From a candidate division WOR-3 bacterium (GTDB lineage Bacteria > Hydrothermota > Tepidihabitantia > B3-TA06): a DNA stretch of 64,000 nt. The notes under the pieces were generated by a model. The model did not search any database and had not been told where the DNA came from. It saw nothing but the letters and a program-made list of their open reading frames with translations. A program made the position numbers and the translations under genes. Each line of letters begins with the position of its first letter. The stretch's first letter is position 1. Of this stretch, positions 15,419 to 24,523 are shown piece by piece. The stretch is from NCBI GenBank assembly GCA_016934635.1, contig JAFGSK010000029.1, positions 895 through 64,894 on the forward strand, read 5' to 3'.

Positions 15419-18310
15419 TCAAGGCTCTAGCAGGGCTTTCTTGACTACACTGCGCTTCCTGCCTTTACTAGGGTTAATGCTGTACACGTATAAGTATACT
15501 CCTGGAGCAAGTTCTTCTCCATTGACGGTTGCTTCCCACTCGACCCTATAGGTGCCTGGAACGTGATGCTTATCTGAAAAGATGGTTGCGATGTGTTCCC
15601 CGGCCCTGTTGAATACCGAAAGGCTTGCCGAACCTTCTACCGGAACGCTGTAGACGAAGGTTGTGAACCCGGAAAAAGGATTCGGGAAGTTGTGGATATC
15701 GAGAATAGGCAACGCAGCGGTTATTATTATCGCGGAGTCCCTTGGCAAGCTTTCAGATGCGACGGTTACGTAAACCCAGGTTGTTTCTACTGGGACAACC
15801 GAGGTATCTGGTACAGCCAGACCCAGTAAGCTTGGATAGATGCCCTCCGGCATCTTTACTTCAACGAATAAGTCTCGGCTGCCGCCTAAAGGATCAATCT
15901 CCCCCACATCAGGTATGGAATTATTGTTGCTGCTTTGCAGAATTGCCTTCCCGGTCGAATCGTAGACGGCCGTTGGCCATCCTTGGGAGTATCTATAGCT
16001 TATCTCTCCAATCTCGTGGGTGTTGCCGTGATTGATAACCGATAAAGGGTAAGTTTCAACCGGATCAGAGGGGGTGACTACACCTTCTTGATCCGGCTTT
16101 ATCTCAAGTGAGGTTGTCTTAGGCGGATTTATGACAAGTACTGCATCGTCGGAAACCTTGTTATCGTTGGATGATCTGCCTGTAACATAAACCGTATCAG
16201 GAACCAGTATGTTGGATGGCACACTGACAAGGGCGGTGAAGTTTTTGTTACCTCCTCTACCTCCAAGACTACCCAAATCAACAACCCCGTCTGCATCGTT
16301 ATCTAGGAGCGGGATACTGCCCGATGTATCCATCAACTCCACACCCCAGCCGTGAACGCTTGAGCCTGAAAGGTCTATTACATCGGGCCACTTCCCCCAG
16401 TTTGTCCCGGTAAGTTCAAAAGCATACTCCCCCCCTTGACTTCCGGCAACGGTATCATAATCAGGGTTGACCGTAATCGATATTTCGGGAAGAACGCTGG
16501 TGATAACGAGCGCTGAGTCGTAAAACGCTTCGACGTTCGAGGAGTAACCGTATACTATCATCGTATCCTGATGTCCGGCGGAAGCGTTCCCCGGAATACC
16601 CGCCCTGACGGTAAGACCCGCAGAGTCACCTAAAGGATTAAGCTCCCCGACGTCCGGGTATCCATCACCATCAGTATCCTGAAGAGGAGCCCCGGTTGAA
16701 CCGCCGATATTGTGGTACCACCCGGAACTCGAGGTCCTATATCTTATATCGACAACATCAGGGCGCTCCGTATAGTTTATGACCCATAGCTGGTAGGTTA
16801 TTGTATCACCCGGGAAACCGGCGCCGTTCCTGTCCGGTCTAACGATTATCCCTCCCGGCAGGATCTCCACAAGATACAAAACAGGCAAATAGGACGGATT
16901 ATCGTAGGTAAAGATTGCCCTGTACTGGATATAGCGTGAAACGATATTCCCTGGAATGGTGTGATTGTTTTGAACCCTGCGCCAAGGGCCCCAGGTTGAT
17001 GTATCAGATGAATCTCCCCACCTGATCTCCATGTCTATGAAACTCTTTCCAGGACACGAGTCTTCCCAGTGTATCGCGCCCCAGAGGGTAGGTTCCCCTG
17101 CGTCATGGATTGAAGAGTTGTAAATCTCCTCATAATCCCGGGTATATACGTTGCCAATCTCGTGACACATACCATGATGGGAGGATACTTCGATTACTGT
17201 AGAGTTATAGGAAGGTCCCCAGAATATCCTTGAAGAAGGTTTCTTAGACGATCTATCGTATGCGAAGATATCCAGATCCCCATCGTAATCAAGATCGGCA
17301 ATCAATCCACCTGTAGAAACATTTATCGTACTCCCCAAATCGGAGTAATTCCCGAGTGATATTCCGTCGCTCGTTCCGCAATATATACGATTTGGGACAT
17401 CAGGGGAGCTGTAGAATAAAACATCGAGATAGCCGTCGTAGTTGAGATCGGCAATCTGGCTTCCCCCGATACCGTCACCTGGCAAAGGTAAGTAGAGGTC
17501 AGGTTCTATTATGGACAAGTTGTCGATATCCTTTCTCCCCCACACAATCACGCCGTTACTAGCCATTCGAGATGTGAAAACCATATCCAGCCAACCGTCT
17601 GAATTAATATCGGCCACAGATACCCCGTGAGCCAGGGGTTCAAAAGGCACAACGGTACGGTCGCCTGAAGAAAATCCCTTCGCGCCACCCCAATATATAT
17701 ACCTGTTGCCGGATTCTTCTGCTACAACTATTGCATCCAACCAGCCATCCTTGTTGAGATCAGCGGCTTCGGGATGATTCGAGGCGAAATCGCACGGCAA
17801 GGTCGTAAAACCGCCTCCGGGAAAACCGCCTCCACTGCCCCAGTGTATTGAAGCATTATCTTTGTCTGAAGAACTCAGGATATCCAGGTATCCATCCTTG
17901 TTGAAATCGGCTATAAATATTCCTTCAGTCCAGTCTTCTAGGTACGTAGGTGTATTCGGGTCAGGGCCGTCCTTGGTTCCCCAATAGATCGATGCGCCCG
18001 AGTGAAAACGGGTGCTTACAAGTTCAGGATACCCGTCGATGTTAAGATCGGCGACATCGCACCCTGCGCTTCCTTGATATAATGTCGAGTTGTTGTAACT
18101 GTATCCGGATTTGGATCCCCAAAGTATCCACCCCTCACCGGGTAGATCGATATAACCGTCATTATTCAAATCAAAGCGGGCGACAAACTCCACAGCGCCC
18201 CCCTTGCGATGAGAACAGTAAAGTTCTCTTGAGAACCACCCGTCTCTGAAATCGGCCTGCGTTGTTTCAATCCACTCCCCTGCAAAGAGGATAAGTGATA
18301 AGAGAAACAT
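15419..18310 (-). CDS. FG-GAP/VCBS-repeat protein with three DxDxDG modules and T9SS C-terminal sorting domain
   Basis: N-terminal half carries repeated D(L/I)N.DGY.D FG-GAP-like motifs. Three ~110-aa modules carry DTDGDGYPDVG-type motifs. The CTD reads FPNPFSGFTTFVYSVP...GVYLYVY. Paralog of 20185..23475. Confidence 0.8.
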   Translation of the reverse strand: MFLLSLILFAGEWIETTQADFRDGWFSRELYCSHRKGGAVEFVARFDLNNDGYIDLPGEGWILWGSKSGYSYNNSTLYQGSAGCDVADLNIDGYPELVSTRFHSGASIYWGTKDGPDPNTPTYLEDWTEGIFIADFNKDGYLDILSSSDKDNASIHWGSGGGFPGGGFTTLPCDFASNHPEAADLNKDGWLDAIVVAEESGNRYIYWGGAKGFSSGDRTVVPFEPLAHGVSVADINSDGWLDMVFTSRMASNGVIVWGRKDIDNLSIIEPDLYLPLPGDGIGGSQIADLNYDGYLDVLFYSSPDVPNRIYCGTSDGISLGNYSDLGSTINVSTGGLIADLDYDGDLDIFAYDRSSKKPSSRIFWGPSYNSTVIEVSSHHGMCHEIGNVYTRDYEEIYNSSIHDAGEPTLWGAIHWEDSCPGKSFIDMEIRWGDSSDTSTWGPWRRVQNNHTIPGNIVSRYIQYRAIFTYDNPSYLPVLYLVEILPGGIIVRPDRNGAGFPGDTITYQLWVINYTERPDVVDIRYRTSSSGWYHNIGGSTGAPLQDTDGDGYPDVGELNPLGDSAGLTVRAGIPGNASAGHQDTMIVYGYSSNVEAFYDSALVITSVLPEISITVNPDYDTVAGSQGGEYAFELTGTNWGKWPDVIDLSGSSVHGWGVELMDTSGSIPLLDNDADGVVDLGSLGGRGGNKNFTALVSVPSNILVPDTVYVTGRSSNDNKVSDDAVLVINPPKTTSLEIKPDQEGVVTPSDPVETYPLSVINHGNTHEIGEISYRYSQGWPTAVYDSTGKAILQSSNNNSIPDVGEIDPLGGSRDLFVEVKMPEGIYPSLLGLAVPDTSVVPVETTWVYVTVASESLPRDSAIIITAALPILDIHNFPNPFSGFTTFVYSVPVEGSASLSVFNRAGEHIATIFSDKHHVPGTYRVEWEATVNGEELAPGVYLYVYSINPSKGRKRSVVKKALLEP

Positions 18311-18337
18311 ACATAACCTCCTTTCGGAACCTTGTCT

Positions 18338-18365
18338 ATATTACTTACCTGTCCATTCCTGTCAA
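18338..18365 (-). promoter_or_regulatory. Promoter for 15419..18310
   Basis: TTGACA-N16-TAATAT on the minus strand. Confidence 0.6.
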
Positions 18366-18400
18366 GACCAGCAATAAAGGCTTTTTGAGTCTACCTTTGA

Positions 18401-20188
18401 TCATTCGTCCTTGGCCAGCAACCGAAACTCGATGCGGCGGTTCATGGCTCGACCCTCGGGTGTCTCGTTGGAGGTCAAGGGCTCGGACTCACCGTATCCC
18501 TTGCAGACGAACATCTTCTCAGAAAGCCCGTGTTTTTCAACGAGGTATGTTCTTATCGACTCGGCCCGGGCCTCGGAGAGTCGCTGGTTATCACCAAACG
18601 GGCAGTATACGACCGGTACGTTGTCTGTATGCCCGGCTATCTCGATTCGAAGACCTCGGTCCGCGTTTGCAGCCAGTGCAGGAGCGATCGAGTCCAGTAT
18701 CGGGGCATGGGCTGCAAGGAGGTCTGCTTTTCCTGTCTCGAAGTTCAGGTAAATGGTCATCAAAACATCGGCACGTCTTTCCTGGGATACGTAGAGATCG
18801 AGGTTTATCGTATCACACGGCGTAACATCCACGCGATAGATGGACGGGATCAGTCTTTCTTCCCGAGGAATTACTTTCACAAGGTATTCCCCGGGGAATA
18901 ACGGATTACTCTGGTAGGTGCCCCACGAAGGATCGCTCTCGACTGAATCTTCGGTCTCTCCTTTAAAAAAGACTGCCGCCTGGGTGGGCCTTCTGGTTCC
19001 TTGTTCCATCACGATCCCCTTCAATATACCGCCGGGAATAGAATCAAGGGCCAATAAAACTATGTTCAACCGAGCCGGTTCCAGGATCAATGATCGTTCG
19101 CCTGGAAGGTAGTTTTGAGCTTCGGCCTTTACTTTGAACTCACCGGGATCGAGCCAGTTGCGGCGTACGTAGCCCAGGGTCTCTAAGGTGTCAGCAACTG
19201 CACCGCTCATCTGGAGTTCAGCTACCAGTAAGGTGCTGTCTTGGGAGTTTATTACTTTTACCAAAACGTCTGCTGTGGAGGGCCGTTCATTAAGGTAGCG
19301 GGAGATACATATTGAGTGTGTGACTCCCAACGGTCCATAAGGCACTAGTGCGTAATCCACCCGGAAATCCTTCCAGAAAAGCCCTATGCCGGCAGTAGGC
19401 GCGGCCCAGAATCCCCAGTAAGCGGTGGTTGCGTTAAACCTCGATCCCACGCGTAGAGCAATCAGTTCGTGCGGCATCACTTCTATACCTGCCCGCGCCT
19501 CGAACCCGGCATCACTTTCTCCACCTATGCTCACAGAAAGGGTAGTACTGGGAAGTATCCTAAGGGACAGGCCTGCATCGGCTGCCCATGGTGTCTTAAC
19601 CCGATCTCCCGCGTAGGTTATTCCTGGTCCAATATCGTGCAGCGCAACCCCTATGGACATCCACTCTAAAGGCTGCCACCACAACCCTGCATCGAACACC
19701 GCGCCTGTGCCTATTGCATCGGTCAGGTTTTCGTACAGTAGTTTTGTACCCAGGCCTAATGCTACTCCTCGCTGGAACGAATAGGCGAATGCTACATCGA
19801 TCACAGCGCTTTGGGGATGTACTTTTCCTGAAGGCTGATTGGTTTCATCCCAGGTCTCGACTGCAGTAAGGGAGTAGAATGCGGCAACCCCGATGGAGGC
19901 TCTTTGCCAGGGCCAGGCAAAACCCATGAACTCATCGTGTATGGATGCCAGCCAGGAGCGGTAACCCAGCATCACTTCTCCCCTACTCAAGCCTTCCAGA
20001 CCTGCAGGGTTCCACCACATATTCGATGCATCGTGCGTCCAGGCAGTCCCGGTTCCCCCTATGGCAGGCAGAGAAGCACCATAACCCGTACGCAGCAGCG
20101 TGAATGCGTTGGTTCCAACCTCCTGAGCATTGAACTTTCCAGCCAGGATAATTCCGAGGACTAAGGCTAAGGTGTTGATTCTCCTCAT
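18401..20188 (-). CDS. PorV/PorQ-like beta-barrel fused to CarboxypepD_reg-like domains and an OmpA-type peptidoglycan-binding domain
   Basis: Has a signal peptide. N-terminus reads AFTLLRTGYGASLPAIGGTGTAWTHDASNMWWNPAGL, a pattern typical of T9SS-associated PorV/PorQ barrels. C-terminus has OmpA motifs: IAGHTDNVP, NQRLSEARAESI, NRRIEF. Confidence 0.7.
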   Translation of the reverse strand: MRRINTLALVLGIILAGKFNAQEVGTNAFTLLRTGYGASLPAIGGTGTAWTHDASNMWWNPAGLEGLSRGEVMLGYRSWLASIHDEFMGFAWPWQRASIGVAAFYSLTAVETWDETNQPSGKVHPQSAVIDVAFAYSFQRGVALGLGTKLLYENLTDAIGTGAVFDAGLWWQPLEWMSIGVALHDIGPGITYAGDRVKTPWAADAGLSLRILPSTTLSVSIGGESDAGFEARAGIEVMPHELIALRVGSRFNATTAYWGFWAAPTAGIGLFWKDFRVDYALVPYGPLGVTHSICISRYLNERPSTADVLVKVINSQDSTLLVAELQMSGAVADTLETLGYVRRNWLDPGEFKVKAEAQNYLPGERSLILEPARLNIVLLALDSIPGGILKGIVMEQGTRRPTQAAVFFKGETEDSVESDPSWGTYQSNPLFPGEYLVKVIPREERLIPSIYRVDVTPCDTINLDLYVSQERRADVLMTIYLNFETGKADLLAAHAPILDSIAPALAANADRGLRIEIAGHTDNVPVVYCPFGDNQRLSEARAESIRTYLVEKHGLSEKMFVCKGYGESEPLTSNETPEGRAMNRRIEFRLLAKDE

Positions 20189-23100
20189 CGTTCACCCCCT
20201 CTGGTGCAGAGCATCTTGTATAAGATACGCTTGGAAGATCCTCCTTCAGGCTTGAATTCGAGTAACAACAGGTATACACCTGGTGCTAATGGCTTTCCAG
20301 ACTGGGTCAAAGCGGGCCACTGGAAGGCATGAACCCCGGTTTCGCAGTTTCTCGTAAATATCGTTCCGACAGGGCGGCCTGCACGATCGGCCAGTCTCAG
20401 GTTGATTAAGCCCGGTTCAGGCTGGCTCCACACAATAGTCGTCCTCGTAACAAAGGGATTCGGATAGTTGTGTACGGAAAGCCCGGGCAGAGCCGAGGTT
20501 TCGAGCACGGCTTCGTCCTGCCGGACTCCATCTGAGCTTGAGGATATGTAAACCCAGGTTGACTCAGCAACCCTCGAGGATGCACTTGAGGTATCTATGA
20601 AACCGCAGGTGGGATCAAAATCCTCAGGCATGGTTACATCTACGAACAAGGTATAGCTGCCTCCGAAGGCTGCAAGCTCTCCTACGTCGGGAATACCGTT
20701 TGAATTGTTGTCCTTGAGAGGCTCTTCGCCGGTTGAATCATACACAGTTACTGTCCAACCGCGCCATCCTTCCCAGGATATATCCCCAGTTTCAGGGCCG
20801 TTCCCGTGATTGATAACCATTAGCTGGTATCTAAAGGTTGGGGATTCGGGTGAAACCGCACCTTCGTGATCGGGTCTGATTTCCAGGTTGGTTACCTCAA
20901 GCGGATTGAGAACCAGGATAGCTTCATCTGTGGCATCTGTTCTTATTGATGAGCGACCGACCACATGAACGGTGTCTGTTGTCGAAATCGATGCTCCGGT
21001 AGGAACCTTAACCCTCACGGTAAAGTATTCCCTTTGGAATCTATCCAACGGACCCACATCGGGCAAACCATCTGCGTCTCCGTCTGAAAGTGGCATAGCC
21101 CCGTTTTCATCCAGAAGCTCAGCATCCCATCCGTGCACGCTGGTTGCCGTGAGATCAATTACGTCCGTAATTAAGCCGTAGTTGCTGCCCCAGAGTTCAA
21201 ACACTATCTCCTGTTCAGGATATCCTGTCGTATCCTGATCGGGTTCTACAAGAATTTTTACCTCAGGGATGACTTCTATGATAAGGATGGCTTCGTCAGT
21301 GATTAGTTCATCCTGGGATGAGGTTCCGAGTACCGTAATCGTATCGACCGTGCCTTCAGTTGCTCCTGAAGGTACGGCTACCCTTGCGGTAAAATCCTTA
21401 GAGTCACCCCGGTACATCGTGTCAAGATCGGGCATTCCGTCTGAATCGTGATCGGTGACCGGGAAGGCCGCGCTTTCGTCCAGCAACTCGACGTTCCAGC
21501 CCCGGGCGCTCACTACAGCCAGATCTATTACATCGGGGTCCCTGCCGAGGTTGCCGCCCCGGAGAGAGAAGGTAATTATCTCACCGGCCAGAGCCATCGT
21601 ATCCTGATCAGGATCAACATAGATATTGACAGGTGGAAGAACAGTGGTAACGAGTATCGCCGAGTCGTAAAGCCCTTCAGGATAAGAGGAGCGACCGTAC
21701 ACGACGCAGGTGTCAACACCCGTAAAAATATCATCAGGTATCCCAACAAGCATGTGCATCTTTGTCTGCGAGTTTGACGGAAGAGGTCCGACATCTCGGG
21801 TTCCATCCGAATCGGTGTCGGGCAGATTACCGTCGAGTGAATCCTGTGCCTCATGAAACCAACCCGTTGTGTTTGTTATGTAACTGATATCAATTATGTC
21901 CGTACGAGAAGTTAAATTGATTACGTCCAGTTCATACCTGACGGTGTCCTCTGGAAAAGAAGTACGTTGTTGGTCAGGTTCCACAATGATCACATCATCC
22001 CTGTATACGATACCCACTAGGAACAATACCGCGAGGTGTGCGGGGTTTTCATATGTAAAGGTGGCACGATACTGGATATATCTGGATTTTAGGTTGTATG
22101 GGATCAGCTCCCCATTAGTCACCGGGACCCAACCACTCCAGCTTGAGGTATCAGGGGTATCCCCGACCCTTATCGCTAGTGTAATATTACTTGAGCCTGG
22201 ACACGAATCCTCCCACCAAATTGTATCCCAGTAAACCTCCCGGTCCGCCTCGAAAACTGAAGAGTAATACTCCTCTCTGTATTCGCGGGTGTACACGTTG
22301 CCGATCTCGCGAGAAAACCCATGGTGGGTAATGATCGGTACAAGTTCGTAGCTGTTAAAATCCGGGCCGTAAAAGAAAGCTGAATAATCAGTCCAATCCA
22401 TAGAAAATAGATCGAGATGGCCATCGAAATTGAAATCTCCAACCATTCCACCACTACCTTGTGTTAAGGCATAGGGCATATCTCTGTAGCGTCCCAGCGC
22501 AATACCGTCCTGTCCACCCCAGTAAACACGAGGTGGGACATTGTCGTCGCCGAAGAAAACAACATCAAGATATCCGTCTTCGTCGAGATCGGCAATGGAG
22601 TTTCCTCCAAAGGCTCTATCAGGCAAGGGTAGTTGAAGGGGAACATCAACAGTAGCTCCTTCTTGATAACTCTCCAGACTTCCCCACATAATAGAACCAT
22701 ATCTGTCACCGATAGTATTAGATGAAAAAACGATATCCAACCAGCCATCGTAATTTAAATCAGCAACCGATACACCGTGGGAGGCGTTATGATCGTCGTT
22801 TATTCTTGTATAGTTATTAGTGGAAAACCCCTGAGGGCTTCCCCAGTATATGAACTCAGTTCTTGAATTCCCAGAAGTCACAATCGCGTCAAGCCAACCA
22901 TCTTTATTTAGGTCAACAGCTTCGGGATTATAGCCAGTTACATAACATGGAAAGGCAAAATAGTTACTTGATGAATAACCGGTTGTCGATCCCCAATAAA
23001 TCGCTGCGTTATTGTCGTCCTTCGAACCTAGAAGATCGAGATATCCGTCTTTATTAAAATCTGCGGCCATAACACCTTCATTATTGTGGTTACTTGTAGG

Positions 23101-23475
23101 AATAGTCGCAGGATTATCAGGTGAAGGGCCTTCTGGTCCCCCTTTATAGATGCGGATAGGGTTACTATTAACTTGCGTTGATATATATTCCGGATAGCCA
23201 TCCGTATCTACATCTGCGGCATCAGATCCACCGTATCCTTCATAATTTGTCACAATGTCATGTGAGTATCCATTTGCCCCACCCCACATGATCCAACGAC
23301 ACCCTATGATATCGATATATCCATCGTTGTTTAGGTCGAACCTACCCACGAACTCTACTGCACCGTCACCCCTATGGGACGAGTACAGGTCCCGGGTAAA
23401 CCAGCCGTCTCGGAAATCTTGTTGGGTAGTCTCCACCCATTCTCCTGCAAAAAGGATGAGCGGTAAAAAGATCAT
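20185..23475 (-). CDS. FG-GAP/VCBS-repeat protein with four DxDxDG modules and T9SS C-terminal sorting domain
   Basis: Same architecture as 15419..18310, with one extra ~130-aa module. CTD reads YPNPFVTRTTIVWSQP...GVYLLLL. The stop overlaps the downstream start (ATGA). Confidence 0.8.
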   Translation of the reverse strand: MIFLPLILFAGEWVETTQQDFRDGWFTRDLYSSHRGDGAVEFVGRFDLNNDGYIDIIGCRWIMWGGANGYSHDIVTNYEGYGGSDAADVDTDGYPEYISTQVNSNPIRIYKGGPEGPSPDNPATIPTSNHNNEGVMAADFNKDGYLDLLGSKDDNNAAIYWGSTTGYSSSNYFAFPCYVTGYNPEAVDLNKDGWLDAIVTSGNSRTEFIYWGSPQGFSTNNYTRINDDHNASHGVSVADLNYDGWLDIVFSSNTIGDRYGSIMWGSLESYQEGATVDVPLQLPLPDRAFGGNSIADLDEDGYLDVVFFGDDNVPPRVYWGGQDGIALGRYRDMPYALTQGSGGMVGDFNFDGHLDLFSMDWTDYSAFFYGPDFNSYELVPIITHHGFSREIGNVYTREYREEYYSSVFEADREVYWDTIWWEDSCPGSSNITLAIRVGDTPDTSSWSGWVPVTNGELIPYNLKSRYIQYRATFTYENPAHLAVLFLVGIVYRDDVIIVEPDQQRTSFPEDTVRYELDVINLTSRTDIIDISYITNTTGWFHEAQDSLDGNLPDTDSDGTRDVGPLPSNSQTKMHMLVGIPDDIFTGVDTCVVYGRSSYPEGLYDSAILVTTVLPPVNIYVDPDQDTMALAGEIITFSLRGGNLGRDPDVIDLAVVSARGWNVELLDESAAFPVTDHDSDGMPDLDTMYRGDSKDFTARVAVPSGATEGTVDTITVLGTSSQDELITDEAILIIEVIPEVKILVEPDQDTTGYPEQEIVFELWGSNYGLITDVIDLTATSVHGWDAELLDENGAMPLSDGDADGLPDVGPLDRFQREYFTVRVKVPTGASISTTDTVHVVGRSSIRTDATDEAILVLNPLEVTNLEIRPDHEGAVSPESPTFRYQLMVINHGNGPETGDISWEGWRGWTVTVYDSTGEEPLKDNNSNGIPDVGELAAFGGSYTLFVDVTMPEDFDPTCGFIDTSSASSRVAESTWVYISSSSDGVRQDEAVLETSALPGLSVHNYPNPFVTRTTIVWSQPEPGLINLRLADRAGRPVGTIFTRNCETGVHAFQWPALTQSGKPLAPGVYLLLLEFKPEGGSSKRILYKMLCTRGGER

Positions 23476-23597
23476 CTTCGGCCTCCTTCCTGGCTATTTT
23501 AAATTAGACCCTTTCTTACGCTTTTTGACAAGGAGATACCTTTAACTCCTCCAGGGAACAAGGTTAACTCCTTCCTTAACTTGATTCTATAATATAG

Positions 23598-23625
23598 ATA
23601 ATAGTACACAAACAAGTCTTGTCAA
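23598..23625 (-). promoter_or_regulatory. Promoter for 20185..23475 with ~115-nt leader
   Basis: TTGACA-N16-TATTAT on the minus strand. Back to back with a plus-strand TTGACA at 23629. Confidence 0.55.
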
Positions 23626-23679
23626 GGGTTGACATGGGGTTAGACATGGTTAACCTTGCGTATGACTCAAGGAGGTCGA

Positions 23680-24432
23680 ATGAAGATAAAGAAGGTTCTA
23701 ACGCTGGCATTTATCGGAATGCTGGTTATCCTCGGCTGCGACATTATTGATGATCTAAAGAAAGGTGTATCACACACCGCTTCACGCATCAACTCCATTC
23801 AAGCAATAGGTGATTCCAAGGAGTTTGCCTTTGTGGATATTGAGTACGTGTTTACCGGGACCGGAGTGGGAAATCAGAAGGCGGTGTTCTCTCGTGAGGA
23901 TTCCGATAAGGCAGATACGATGGATATTGCACTTGCCGGTACATTTTACACCGATATCGACACACTCAAATCCAGCTCGACTTATACCTACGATCTGTCG
24001 CTCCTCAACGGCACCAAACTCACCGCGTACGATAAAATCGAGGTAAAGACCCTGCCTTTGATCGAGATAACCCATCCTGCCGATACTTTCTTCGGGGATT
24101 ATGATCCAGTTGAGGTCAAATGGGACAAGATTTCCTATGACGGAGAAGATTATCTGACTTACGAGGTGGCGCTTTACGATGCTTCGGAACTGGATTTTGA
24201 TGACCCTGATCTGGAAGACTTGCTGGCGCTTTCCAAACCCCTTGAAGGCCCCATCCAGGTGACACTCGATGCAGCAGACACCGAGGGTTCCTACACTTTT
24301 GAATACGCCTCGGCACTTTTTGTCGGCTTTTATGTCGTCAAGGTTACAACCAACAAGGCTCTCTTTGACAAACTCGCGAACAAATCGACGACTTTCAAAC
24401 CCTTCGTGTGGTGTGGACCGCCGCCGAAATAA
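23680..24432 (+). CDS. Lipoprotein of unknown function
   Basis: MKIKKVLTLAFIGMLVILGCD (lipobox ILGC). AGGAGG lies 6 nt upstream of ATG 23680. The track start at 23656 lies in the predicted -10 region. Confidence 0.65.
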   Translation: MKIKKVLTLAFIGMLVILGCDIIDDLKKGVSHTASRINSIQAIGDSKEFAFVDIEYVFTGTGVGNQKAVFSREDSDKADTMDIALAGTFYTDIDTLKSSSTYTYDLSLLNGTKLTAYDKIEVKTLPLIEITHPADTFFGDYDPVEVKWDKISYDGEDYLTYEVALYDASELDFDDPDLEDLLALSKPLEGPIQVTLDAADTEGSYTFEYASALFVGFYVVKVTTNKALFDKLANKSTTFKPFVWCGPPPK

Positions 24433-24452
24433 AAAACATATTGTAAAATGTA

Positions 24453-24484
24453 AAAGCCCCCTTTTCGAAGGGGGCTTTCTTCTT
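24453..24484. terminator. Bidirectional intrinsic terminator between convergent genes
   Basis: AAAGCCCCCTT-TTCG-AAGGGGGCTTT is a perfect 11-bp stem on a TTCG loop, with T/A-rich flanks on both sides. Confidence 0.7.
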
Positions 24485-24523
24485 AACTCATGGGGTTATA
24501 ATACTATGCTTTGTAAATCTCAG

